NCBI GenBank assembly: GCA_038207045.1
Contig: JBBRAF010000009.1
Location: 19,392 to 83,391, forward strand
DNA: 64,000 bases
Source of the DNA: Chthoniobacterales bacterium
Lineage (GTDB): Bacteria; Verrucomicrobiota; Verrucomicrobiia; Chthoniobacterales; UBA10450
Direction of reading: 5' to 3'
The notes below the pieces were generated by a model, which saw nothing but the letters and a program-made list of their open reading frames with translations, searched no databases and was not told where the DNA came from. Made by a program: the position numbers and the translations under genes. Shown one piece after another: positions 36,640-45,619 of this stretch; the stretch's first letter is position 1, and every line of letters starts with the position of its first letter.

Positions 36640-37920
36640 GTGAACCCGGACGTGCATCGACTGGTGGACCATCTTTTCCGTCGCGAGGCGGGGAAGATGG
36701 TCGCCATGCTGGCGCGTGCCCTGGGGTTCGATCACTTGCAACTGGCCGAGGACGCGATGCAGGAAGCGCTCCTTAGCGCGATGCGGACCTGGGCTCTGGG
36801 CGGTGTGCCGCGGGATCCTTCCGCCTGGTTGATGCGGGTGGCGAAGAATCGCGCACTCGACGTCGTACGGCGCGAAGCTAATTTCCGTGGCAAGGAGGAA
36901 CAGCTAACGGCATTTCTCGAGCAGCGCGCGGCGAGCCGGCCGCAGACATTTCGTTTCGAAGAGGAGATACGCGATGATCAGCTAAGTCTTATCTTTGCGT
37001 GTTGCCATCCGGACTTGTCTCGCGAGACGCAGGTAACTCTCACTCTCAAGACGCTGTGCGGTTTTGGGGAAAAGGAGATCGCGGCCGCTTTTCTCACTTC
37101 GCCGGCGGCGATCGCGAAGCGGCTGGTGCGCGCCCGGAAGAAGATTCGCGAAAGCAGGATAGCGCTCGAGGTTCCCAGTGGCGCAGAGCTAGGTGCGCGC
37201 CTGGAGGTCGTACTCGATGCGCTCTATCTGCTCTTCAACGAAGGCTACAAGGCGTCGCAGGGCGATGAGCTGGTGCGGAAGGAACTTTGCGACGAAGCCA
37301 TCCGGCTCGCCGAGATCCTGGCCGCGCATCCGGCGGGTGATCGGCCGAGGACGCACGCTCTTCTCGCGCTCATGCTTTTTAACTCTGCCCGCCTCTCCGG
37401 ACGAGCCGATGCCGATGGCAATATTCTCTTACTCGCCGAACAGGATCGAAGTCTGTGGGATCGGGCGATGATTGAGGGCGGTCTGGCGGAGCTGAATCGA
37501 TCGGCGACCGAAAAGGAGATCAGCGAGTTCCATTTGCAGGCGGGCATCGCCTGTTGTCATTGTGCGGCGAAGACCTACCAAGCGACTGACTGGGAACGCA
37601 TCCTGTCGCTCTACGATATGCTGATCGCGGTCGATCACTCACCGGTGGCGGCTTTGAACCGGACGGTGGCGCTTTCCAATGTAAGAGGCCCGGAAGCGGC
37701 GCTGAAAGCGATCGCGACGATCCCTTCGCCGGAACTACTGGCAAGTTACTACCTGTATCACGCGGTCCTGGGCCACTTGCATTTCCTTCTGGGTGATTGG
37801 GAGACGGCCAGGCTCGGTTTCGAGCGCGCTGCAGAATTGACAGAGGTGAAATCTGAGCAGGCGTTTCTGCACCGCCGCGCATCGGAATGCGCACCTAGGA
37901 AGAGTGAAGCACAGCCCTGA
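36640..37920 (+). CDS. ECF sigma factor with a long C-terminal TPR-like extension (ECF42-like)
   Basis: 426 aa. Regions 2 and 4 are recognisable (EDAMQEALLSAMRTW, AWLMRVAKNRALDVVRRE, LKTLCGFGEKEIAAAFLTSPAAIAKRLVRARKKI), followed by a ~230-aa helical extension. It sits directly downstream of the DGPF gene. Confidence 0.8.
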   Translation: MNPDVHRLVDHLFRREAGKMVAMLARALGFDHLQLAEDAMQEALLSAMRTWALGGVPRDPSAWLMRVAKNRALDVVRREANFRGKEEQLTAFLEQRAASRPQTFRFEEEIRDDQLSLIFACCHPDLSRETQVTLTLKTLCGFGEKEIAAAFLTSPAAIAKRLVRARKKIRESRIALEVPSGAELGARLEVVLDALYLLFNEGYKASQGDELVRKELCDEAIRLAEILAAHPAGDRPRTHALLALMLFNSARLSGRADADGNILLLAEQDRSLWDRAMIEGGLAELNRSATEKEISEFHLQAGIACCHCAAKTYQATDWERILSLYDMLIAVDHSPVAALNRTVALSNVRGPEAALKAIATIPSPELLASYYLYHAVLGHLHFLLGDWETARLGFERAAELTEVKSEQAFLHRRASECAPRKSEAQP

Positions 37921-37921
37921 C

Positions 37922-38047
37922 GACTAACGAGACCAAGCTCGGCGCATGCGGAAGTGGATGCTCATTGACTGCTTTAGATGCTCCCTGCGCTTCCTGAAAG
38001 TGAGGATGCGACGAGGAAATTCCGAAGCCGCCTCTTATCAGTTACCA
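37922..38047 (-). repeat. isolated attC-like repeat G
   Basis: It starts GACTAACGAGACCAAGCTCGG, the same left-end family as 24184/26082, one nt after the sigma TGA. Candidate right ends are CCGCCTCTTATCAGTTACCA (38047) or GACTGCTTTAGATG (37979). Confidence 0.45.
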
Positions 38048-38479
38048 ATGATCGTTAATGCGCCGATCGAGGCTTGCGGTAGCTTCTGGAGTAGCTCCGG
38101 GGCGAGCGCTCGAAGCTGATCGAGGCGATTCGTCCGCGCACGCAGCAATAACACTGCAATTCGGAAGTTCGGAGATTCTGTCCCTCCGAGAGCTTGCGAT
38201 CAACAGTCATGAAAGCGTCGATCAGACGCCAGAAAGTCTTCCATATAAAGCAGGGGATAGAAAGGCAGAAAAACCTGTCTCGCCGAAGCTCAGCCCCGTA
38301 ATTCGTGGTGCTCGCAACAACTGACCAGAGCGTGAGAAGGCAATTACTCGCATCCTGAACGCGATCGGTGCAGATTTCTCGAATGTTCGCCGCGAATTCT
38401 ACCGTCTCGGTTTCGAATCCGCCCCGCGTGAATCCAAAGCCCGCATTCACTGCATCTCACAGATCGGGAGGCCGATCTT

Positions 38480-41023
38480 ATGTTGCAGGATTTCAAGTTT
38501 GCGCTCCGACAGCTTTCAAAGGCGCCGGGGTTCACAATCGTGGCGGTGGTGACGCTGGCGCTAGCCATCGGAGTGAACTCGGCCATTTTCGCGCTCATCA
38601 ATAGCGTGGTGCTGCATCCGATGGTGCCGTTGCGTCCGCAGGAAGTGGTGAACGTCTACAACTGCCGGCAGAACGCGAGCCACGATTATCGCGCTTTTTC
38701 CTACAATGAATTTCGTGAGCTGCGGGAGAACGGCGGCGATCTCCTGACCGATCTGGCCGCGCTCGAGTTCGCGGTCGCGGGTATCGGGCGCGATCACGAG
38801 ATGCGGCGCAGTTTCGCTTTCCTGACCTCGGAAAACTATTTCTCGCTCATGGGCGTGCAGCCATTTCGCGGACGATTCTATAACGCCGAGGAATGCAAAC
38901 CTAACGCGAACATCGCAGTGGTGGTGGCCAGCTACGGATTTTGGAAGCGCCAGGGCGGACGCAGTGATTTTGTCGGCAGCACGCTCCAGATCAACGGCCA
39001 GCCGTACACGGTGATCGGTATTTCGCCGGAAGGATTCAGCGGCGCGAGCGCGTTGATCGCGCCCGATATCTGGCTGCCGCTCGGGGTCCATTCGCAGCTT
39101 GGCTCGACCTTCGACGATTCCGAATCGCTCCACGATCTGGCGAGCCCGAAAGTTTATGCGCTCAATCTGGTGGGGCGGATGCGATCTGGCCTGACGGTGG
39201 AGACTGCGAAAACGCGGCTGCCGGTGCTATCGCAGAGGTTCAATGCCATGCAGGGCGGCGATGCGGAGTTTCAGCGCGAGGTGCAGGTCAAAAAGCCATC
39301 GCGTTTCGACCTCAGCACTTCCCCGGGGGACGAAGGCCCAATCACATTGATCGGCACCCTGCTGATGGCGATGGCCGGAGCAGTCCTGCTCATCGCTTGT
39401 CTGAACCTCGCGAACATGCTGCTGGCGCGCGGAACGGCGCGCGCGAAAGAGATGGCGCTTCGTCTCGCACTCGGTGCGTCGCGCTGGCAGATCGTCCGGC
39501 AATTGCTCGCGGAAGGTTTGCTGCTGGCGATTTGTGGCGGCGTAGTCGGCCTGATTCTCAGCGTGTGGTGCAACAACATGCTGCTGCACTCGCTCATGAG
39601 TCTGCTCAGCAACGTGAACTTCACCTTCGTTGTGAACCTGGCGCCGAATATTTCAATCCTGGCGGTAACGTTTCTCTTTTGTCTGCTCGCGACTGTTCTC
39701 TTCAGCCTCGGTCCCGCGCTGAAAGCCACCCGGGCCGATCTGGTGAACGACTTGAAACAACAGGTCGGCGAACCGGCGCGCATCGGACGTCTCAGCCGCT
39801 TCTTCGCCCCACGCCACATTTCGGTCATGACGCAGATCGCGCTCTCGCTCGTGTTGCTCTTTGCCGCCGGATTGTTTTTGCGCGGCGCGCTCAAAGCGGC
39901 CGGGCTCAATCCTGGGTTCGTGGCAGCCGGCGATCTCGTCACCGAGATGGACTTTTCCCTGGTGAAAAAAGAACCGACTGATGCGCGACGCGAGATTTTC
40001 AGCATCGTGCAACGCACGCGTGAGTTGCCCGGCGTGAAAGCGGTCGGCGTCGGCACCATGTTGCCCTACGGCAATTTCGGGAACTCGCGCCGCATCATGT
40101 CCACACGTTCGACGTTATCGAACGATCCGAAAGCGCCCGATCCCGGTGTGACGGGAATGTTTACCGCGACCACGCCCGGATATTTCGATGCCATCGGAGT
40201 CAAGGTTTTGCGAGGCCGCGATTTCACCCAAGCTGAATGCGAAGAGAAGACTGGGCGGCGCGTTGCCATCATTGATGAAGCGATGACGAAAAAGCTATTC
40301 CCGAACGAAGACGCCATCGGACAGCATGTGCGCTATACCATTCCGCCGACAGATGGCTCGCCGAACGATCTCGAAGTCGTCGGCGTGGTGAACACGCATC
40401 GACACGACGTGCAGAACGATACTCCGCTGACGCGATTGTTTGTCCCGTTCGCGCAGGGCTACAGCGGGGTTGTTTTCCTGCACGTGCGTCTCAACAGCCA
40501 AAATCGACAAGCCGTCGTGGGGATGATCTCGACCTTGCGTCCGCTATTGCGCGGGATCGATCCCCACCTGCCAATCCTGACCATGGCGCCCTTCACAGAT
40601 CTCGTGCAAAAAAGTGTCGGCTTGTGGATTGTGAAACTGGGCGCGCTTTTGTTCGGTGTTTTCGGCGGAATTGCTCTGCTGCTCGCGGTGGTCGGCGTTT
40701 ATGGAGTGAAGGCGTACGCGGTAGCGTGTCGCACACGTGAGATCGGTATTCGCATGGCGCTGGGCGCGCGACGTCGGGACGTGTTTTCTCTGATCATGCG
40801 ACAGGGGGCTTTACAAACCGCGCTCGCCCTCGCCGTAGGCTTGCTCATTTCATTGGGAGCCGGCCGCGTGCTCTCGCGGATTTTGTATGACGTGAGCCCG
40901 ACCGATCCCTTCGCGCTGATCACAGCGAGTGTGCTGCTCGCGGCCGCGGCGCTTCTCGCCTGCTTTCTGCCGGCGCAGCGCGCGACCCGGGTGAATCCTA
41001 TCACGGCATTGCGCACCGAATAG
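38480..41023 (+). CDS. ADOP-family duplicated FtsX/MacB-like ABC transporter permease
   Basis: 847 aa. The N-terminus MLQDFKFALRQLSKAPGFTIVAVVTLALAIGVNSAIFALINSVVL is the hallmark ADOP start. It contains two MacB_PCD + FtsX modules. Confidence 0.88.
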   Translation: MLQDFKFALRQLSKAPGFTIVAVVTLALAIGVNSAIFALINSVVLHPMVPLRPQEVVNVYNCRQNASHDYRAFSYNEFRELRENGGDLLTDLAALEFAVAGIGRDHEMRRSFAFLTSENYFSLMGVQPFRGRFYNAEECKPNANIAVVVASYGFWKRQGGRSDFVGSTLQINGQPYTVIGISPEGFSGASALIAPDIWLPLGVHSQLGSTFDDSESLHDLASPKVYALNLVGRMRSGLTVETAKTRLPVLSQRFNAMQGGDAEFQREVQVKKPSRFDLSTSPGDEGPITLIGTLLMAMAGAVLLIACLNLANMLLARGTARAKEMALRLALGASRWQIVRQLLAEGLLLAICGGVVGLILSVWCNNMLLHSLMSLLSNVNFTFVVNLAPNISILAVTFLFCLLATVLFSLGPALKATRADLVNDLKQQVGEPARIGRLSRFFAPRHISVMTQIALSLVLLFAAGLFLRGALKAAGLNPGFVAAGDLVTEMDFSLVKKEPTDARREIFSIVQRTRELPGVKAVGVGTMLPYGNFGNSRRIMSTRSTLSNDPKAPDPGVTGMFTATTPGYFDAIGVKVLRGRDFTQAECEEKTGRRVAIIDEAMTKKLFPNEDAIGQHVRYTIPPTDGSPNDLEVVGVVNTHRHDVQNDTPLTRLFVPFAQGYSGVVFLHVRLNSQNRQAVVGMISTLRPLLRGIDPHLPILTMAPFTDLVQKSVGLWIVKLGALLFGVFGGIALLLAVVGVYGVKAYAVACRTREIGIRMALGARRRDVFSLIMRQGALQTALALAVGLLISLGAGRVLSRILYDVSPTDPFALITASVLLAAAALLACFLPAQRATRVNPITALRTE

Positions 41024-41092
41024 CGGTGTAGTCTTGCGGCGGGAAGAAGTTCCTGGCGGTGGCGTGGAGGCGCGCTAAGCTCGCGTTCAGGT

Positions 41093-41623
41093 ATGAATAA
41101 GAGATTACTCGGAGTGTTGTTAAGCGCGATCGCATTGAGCGGCCAAGGAGCGGACACGCAAAAGCCACCGCAGGTGGGACAGCCGGCGCCGGACTTTAGC
41201 CTGGCGAGCGCGGAGGGCGGGCCGGTGAGTCTGAAGGACTACAAAGGCAAATGGGTGGTGCTCTATTTTTACCCGAAAGATTTCATCAGCGGTTGCACGC
41301 TCGAGGCGCACAATTTCGAGCGCGACCTGGCGAAGTATCAGAACCACGGCGCCATCATTCTCGGCGTGAGCGCCGACACCGCGCAATCGCACAAGGATTT
41401 TTGTGCGAAGGAAGGGCTGAACTTTAAATTGCTCGCCGACCCGGAACTAAAGGCGGTGACGAAGTACGGATCGGCCATGGAGCACGGAGGTATGAAGATG
41501 GCGGCACGAAATACCTTCCTGATTAATCCCGAGGGCAAAATCGCAAGGGTTTACACGGGAGTTAATCCAGCCGTGCACAGCGAGGAAGTCCTGAAGGATC
41601 TGGCGGTGCTGAAAAAAAGTTAA
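41093..41623 (+). CDS. bcp: secreted peroxiredoxin (Bcp/AhpC-TSA family)
   Basis: 176 aa with a signal peptide. GKWVVLYFYPKDFISGCTLEA carries the peroxidatic Cys motif. Confidence 0.8.
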   Translation: MNKRLLGVLLSAIALSGQGADTQKPPQVGQPAPDFSLASAEGGPVSLKDYKGKWVVLYFYPKDFISGCTLEAHNFERDLAKYQNHGAIILGVSADTAQSHKDFCAKEGLNFKLLADPELKAVTKYGSAMEHGGMKMAARNTFLINPEGKIARVYTGVNPAVHSEEVLKDLAVLKKS

Positions 41624-41792
41624 CGCAGCAGTTCAAGCTGGGGCGCATTCGTAATTATCTCCGCTCCATTGCGTCACGCTTGATCACGTTAACGTGCTGG
41701 TAAGCACCAATTTGAGATCGCGCGGACGGCAATAGGGACAGTTAAAGCTGTCACGTCCAATAGCACGCGCGAGGGCGAACATTTACGTCATT

Positions 41793-42692
41793 ATGAGCGA
41801 ACAGAATTTAATCAGCCGCCGTCGAGCGATCAGGGGAATAGGGACGGGGTTTGCGGCCGTGGCCGCTTCGCGGAGCTTTGCGGCGGAAACGACACCGAAA
41901 CCTGAATCTATGACACCAGAAAAATTACAAGATCCGAGGACGAAATATCCGAAGCCACCGTTCAAGGGCAGGAGCAACCGTGGCCGGGATTGGCCGGCAA
42001 AATGGAGCCGCGTCCGGATCATGGGGAGAAGAGTTACAAAGGGTCAGGCCGTCTCCTGGGCCGGAAGGCGCTGATCACGGGCGGCGACTCGGGCATGGGA
42101 CGCGCGGCCGCGATCGCTTACGCGCGGGAAGGCGCCGACGGAAGCTTTTTGCCAGAAGCTGGTGTCCGATGCGGTGAAGGAACTCGGTGGTTTGGATATT
42201 CTGGTTTGTAACGCGGCGCGGCAGCAAACCCGCGCGTCCATTCTCGAAGTCTCGAGCGAGGACTTCGACGCAACGATGAAGACCAACATCTATGCGCCGT
42301 TCTGGATCATCAAAGCCGCGCTGCCGCATCTACAGCCGGGCTCGGCGATCATCGGCACAACCTCCGAGCAGGCGACCGACCCGTCGCCCGAGCTCTATGA
42401 TTACGCGCAAACGAAGGCGGCGACGACGAACTACGTGCGGTCGCTGGCGAAACAGGTGGCCTCGAAAGGCATTCGAGTGAACGGAGTCGCGCCCGGGCCG
42501 ATCTGGACGCCGTTGCAAGTAAGCGGCGGCGCTACGCAGGAAAAGCTGAAGGTATTCGGAGGCAAGACACCGATGGGACGGCCAGGTCAGCCGGTGGAGC
42601 TGGCGTCGATCTACGTCGAGCTTGCGGCCAGTGATGCCAGTTACTCCACCGGACAAGTTTACGGAGCGGCCAACGGAAACGGGCAGCCGTAG
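41793..42692 (+). pseudogene. YghA-like short-chain dehydrogenase with a Tat-type leader, disrupted by a frameshift (~41965) and an internal out-of-frame deletion (~42138-42146)
   Basis: Three frames carry consecutive parts: MSEQNLISRRRAIRGIGTG...KYPKPPFKG; then [57 protein letters not shown]; then [24 protein letters not shown]...YAQTKAA...GIRVNGVAPGPIWTPL. About 45 residues expected between REGAD and the FCQKLV helix are absent. Confidence 0.7.
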
Positions 42693-42837
42693 AAATAGGA
42701 AGAAGAAAGGCTAAGAGTAGAAGGTGCAGTCGTGCTCAAAATCTTCACGTTGCGCGGCGAATTGCCAGCTGCGCTTCGGATGACGAAGAACAGCGCCGTT
42801 TACAATCCTTCTGATCGAAGCATATTCGCCGCTCGCG

Positions 42838-43293
42838 ATGAATATCCTGATCGGCGTTTTTCTCGGTATCGACGTGCTGGTGGCGTTGCTTATGATTCTT
42901 CTCATTCTCATGCAGCGCCCGAAAAGTGAAGGTCTGGGCGCAGCGTTCGGCGGCGGGGTGACGGAGAATATTTTTGGTGCGCAAACGACCAACGTGCTGA
43001 CGAAGTTTACCGGGTGGCTGGCCGGGATTTTCTTCGTCGTGACGTTTCTTCTCTCGATTCTTTACGCGCAGCGCAGCACCGGCGGCAGTAATATCCGGCG
43101 TGAATTGTTGCGTGGTGGAGCAGCTGGTGCGGCCGCTTCGCCATTTGTCGCTCCAGCGACGCAATCGCCCGTGCCGGGGCCAAGCGCGTCGGCCAAGCCG
43201 TCGGATTTGGCGGTGGGGGCAGTGGCGCAGCAGCCGGTGGCAACGGCGACGCCAGCGGGTTCAGCCGCAGCTACTCCGCCGCGAGTTCCCTGA
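42838..43293 (+). CDS. secG: preprotein translocase subunit SecG with an Ala/Pro-rich C-terminal tail
   Basis: VLVALLMILLILMQRPKSEGLGAAFGGG...FGAQ...LTKFTGWLAGIFFVVTFLLS is the SecG pattern. Confidence 0.85.
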   Translation: MNILIGVFLGIDVLVALLMILLILMQRPKSEGLGAAFGGGVTENIFGAQTTNVLTKFTGWLAGIFFVVTFLLSILYAQRSTGGSNIRRELLRGGAAGAAASPFVAPATQSPVPGPSASAKPSDLAVGAVAQQPVATATPAGSAAATPPRVP

Positions 43294-43299
43294 TCGTTG

Positions 43300-43714
43300 C
43301 TCGTATTTGTCGCACGCGATCGTCGGCGGGGTGGTTGCCTTCAGCGCGGTGGTCATCGCCGGTGCGGCTTTTTTTCCCGATCAATTTCTTTTCGTCCTCG
43401 GGCGTAACTACGCGCATTTGCAGCGCGAGCTTCTCCTCATGGTCGCGGGCGCCGTGATCACAATGTTGACCGGAACGTTCTGGGTCCTGAATGCTGCGAA
43501 GGCCTGGATCGCCGGCTCGTGGCTTTACATTCCGGTGACCCTGGCGACGCAGGTTGCACTCATTCCGTATACAAATTTTTCACGAGTGAGCGATGTGCTG
43601 ATCTTCAATTTGATCGCCGCCGTGCCGAATTTGCTCCTGAATATGGTCATGAGTTACCGCGGATTTCGATCGTTGCCGCCGGCGGGATCGGAGCGCGATT
43701 TCGCCAACGACTAA
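43300..43714 (+). other. membrane-protein coding remnant without a credible start (possible C-terminal fragment of a flippase-like gene)
   Basis: The frame is open across the secG 3' end. Only the last ~135 codons look protein-like (four hydrophobic helices). There is no start or RBS at its beginning. Confidence 0.3.
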
Positions 43715-43734
43715 CGACGGTGGCCACGTTCGCG

Positions 43735-44406
43735 TTACTCGCGCTCGAACTGCTCGATTTCTCTAAGTAAGGTCTCGGCACGGTTGACCGTGCGTCCCGC
43801 GGAACTATCGGCCAGGTATTTCGCCAATTTCGCTTCGCCTGGGCGCCGCGACCGGCGGATGAGTGCGTACGATAGCCCCACGCAGACGAGGCTGCTCAGG
43901 ATGAACCAGAAGACGACTTGCGGCTTGGCCACCCACACATCAGCGCCGAGCGCATAAAAGATCACCAGCATCAAAGGCGTCCAAATAAAGCATCCCGTCA
44001 CGGCAAACCACCAGCCCGCCCGCAGGTGCCACGCGCGCAGCGCGGCGATTTGTTTTTGAATCGCTACCACCGGCGCGGAGTAATCGATGCGACCGATCAA
44101 AACGAGATCTCGAATGGCGAAGGCGATAAACATGATGCCGTAAGCGTGCAGGGAGAGCCCGTAGATCATCAGATGGACACTGCCAATGTGCCGGACCCAA
44201 AAAGGCGCGAAGATCGCCGACAGGAGCAGACCGCAGATAAGCTGAATGGACTGTCCGGTCACCAACGGGAGCAGCGCGGAGCGGAATTTGCCAAGTTTCT
44301 CTTCCTTGAAGAGATGAAAGGTGAGCGCGTTCTGGCGCTGCAATTGCCGGCTGAGGGTTTGCCAGGCGGTTTTTAAGTCATCGAGTTCGTTTGTGTTGGT
44401 GGGCAT
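43735..44406 (-). CDS. membrane protein downstream of an ECF sigma (putative anti-sigma/partner)
   Basis: 223 aa with a cytoplasmic N-terminus and about five TM helices. It starts 2 nt after the sigma stop. Confidence 0.5.
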   Translation of the reverse strand: MPTNTNELDDLKTAWQTLSRQLQRQNALTFHLFKEEKLGKFRSALLPLVTGQSIQLICGLLLSAIFAPFWVRHIGSVHLMIYGLSLHAYGIMFIAFAIRDLVLIGRIDYSAPVVAIQKQIAALRAWHLRAGWWFAVTGCFIWTPLMLVIFYALGADVWVAKPQVVFWFILSSLVCVGLSYALIRRSRRPGEAKLAKYLADSSAGRTVNRAETLLREIEQFERE

Positions 44407-44408
44407 GG

Positions 44409-44945
44409 TTACTCCGTCAGTTGCGCGATCTCGCGGCGGACACGCTGTTTCAAGCGGCTGAGTTTGGTGGCGACGTTGGTTTCGCTGATTCCGAGAATCT
44501 CTGAAATCTCGCGGTAGCTGTGCTCGTCGAGATAGAGCAGGACGAGCGCGCGATTGAGCGGATCGAGTGAGGCGATTACGCGCTGCAAGAGCGTTACGCG
44601 CTCATCCGCCCGCGCCGTGGGTTCATCTGGCAAATCGAGCGCACCCTCGTCCAATGAGACGGTCTGCCGGAGCGGGCGGCTGGAACTGCGCAGGAAGGAA
44701 ATGGCGACGTTGAGCGCGATGCGATACATCCAGGTCGAGAAGGAACGCTCCCGCGAATAGCGCGGATACGCTTTCCAGAGCTGGAGACTGATCTCCTGCA
44801 TGAGATCATGGCGATCCGCCCGGCTGCGCGCATAGCTGTAGCACACCTTCTGAACGATCCCGGCGTGTTGCTCCAGGAGGCAAACAAACCGTGCGTCGTC
44901 ATCGGCGATGGTGGTAGCAGGCATTGGTGCGGCAGAAGAGTGCAT
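44409..44945 (-). CDS. ECF (sigma-70 family) RNA polymerase sigma factor
   Basis: 178 aa. Motifs seen: DLMQEISLQLWKAY, FSTWMYRIALNVAISFLR, and RALVLLYLDEHSYREISEILGISETNVATKLSRLKQ. Confidence 0.88.
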   Translation of the reverse strand: MHSSAAPMPATTIADDDARFVCLLEQHAGIVQKVCYSYARSRADRHDLMQEISLQLWKAYPRYSRERSFSTWMYRIALNVAISFLRSSSRPLRQTVSLDEGALDLPDEPTARADERVTLLQRVIASLDPLNRALVLLYLDEHSYREISEILGISETNVATKLSRLKQRVRREIAQLTE

Positions 44946-44989
44946 TGATTGTCGAAAATCGAATTCCCTTTGCCAGAGTGATTCGCACC

Positions 44990-45578
44990 GCCCCGGAAAA
45001 AATCACACCGCGCGACACTTTTTCTTGTGGGCAACGGTGAGCCCGAGGCTGATTGCAGATCGCGGAAGGAATGTATCTGCGGACGGGGACGCGAAGTGTT
45101 TCTGGAATTGGCCAAACGCTGGGCACGAGGCGCGGCGATTCTTTTTGCGGTCGGCGCGGTCTCGGGAACGGTGCTCGCCTTCGAGCTCGGGTTGCTCTGG
45201 CCAGGCTTCATGGAAAAAGCCGGGGCGATTATTGGCATGCCCTTTTCCCTCGAAGGCTTCGCCTTTTTCACCGAAGCAATTTTTCTTGGGCTTTACCTTG
45301 CCGGCTGGAATCGGCTGCCGCCTTTTCTTCATTGGTTTTGCGGTGTGCTCGTCGGGCTGAGCGGAATTCTTTCCGGCATCTTCGTGGTGACCGCGAATGC
45401 CTGGATGAATGCGCCCGCCGGTTTCAAAATTGTCGAGGGCAAGATCACGGACATCGACCCGATCGCGGCGATGCTAAACCCGGCCGCCTTTCACGAGGTG
45501 CTGCATATGACGCTGGCCGCGTTCGTCGCCACCGGGTTTGCCGTGGCGGCGATTCACGCCTTCTTCTTGCTGCGATAA
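44990..45578 (+). pseudogene. cydA: cytochrome bd ubiquinol oxidase subunit I remnant (multiple frameshifts at the 5' end, truncated at the 3' end)
   Basis: It covers roughly residues 20-210 of a normally ~450-aa CydA. HFFLWATVSPRLIA, IAEGMYLRTG and EVFLELAKRWARGAAILFAVGAVSGTVLAFELG...LEGFAFFTEAIFLGLY...ANAWMNAP lie in three different frames. A stop follows AIHAFFLLR. No cydB follows. Confidence 0.65.
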
Positions 45579-45619
45579 AAAACGTCGCTGCAACGCGGAA
45601 GCGGCCAGGGCGATCGCTC

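Noticed and set aside
39271-40059. 262-aa minus-strand ORF
   Set aside because: It is antisense to the ADOP permease gene, which is unambiguous.
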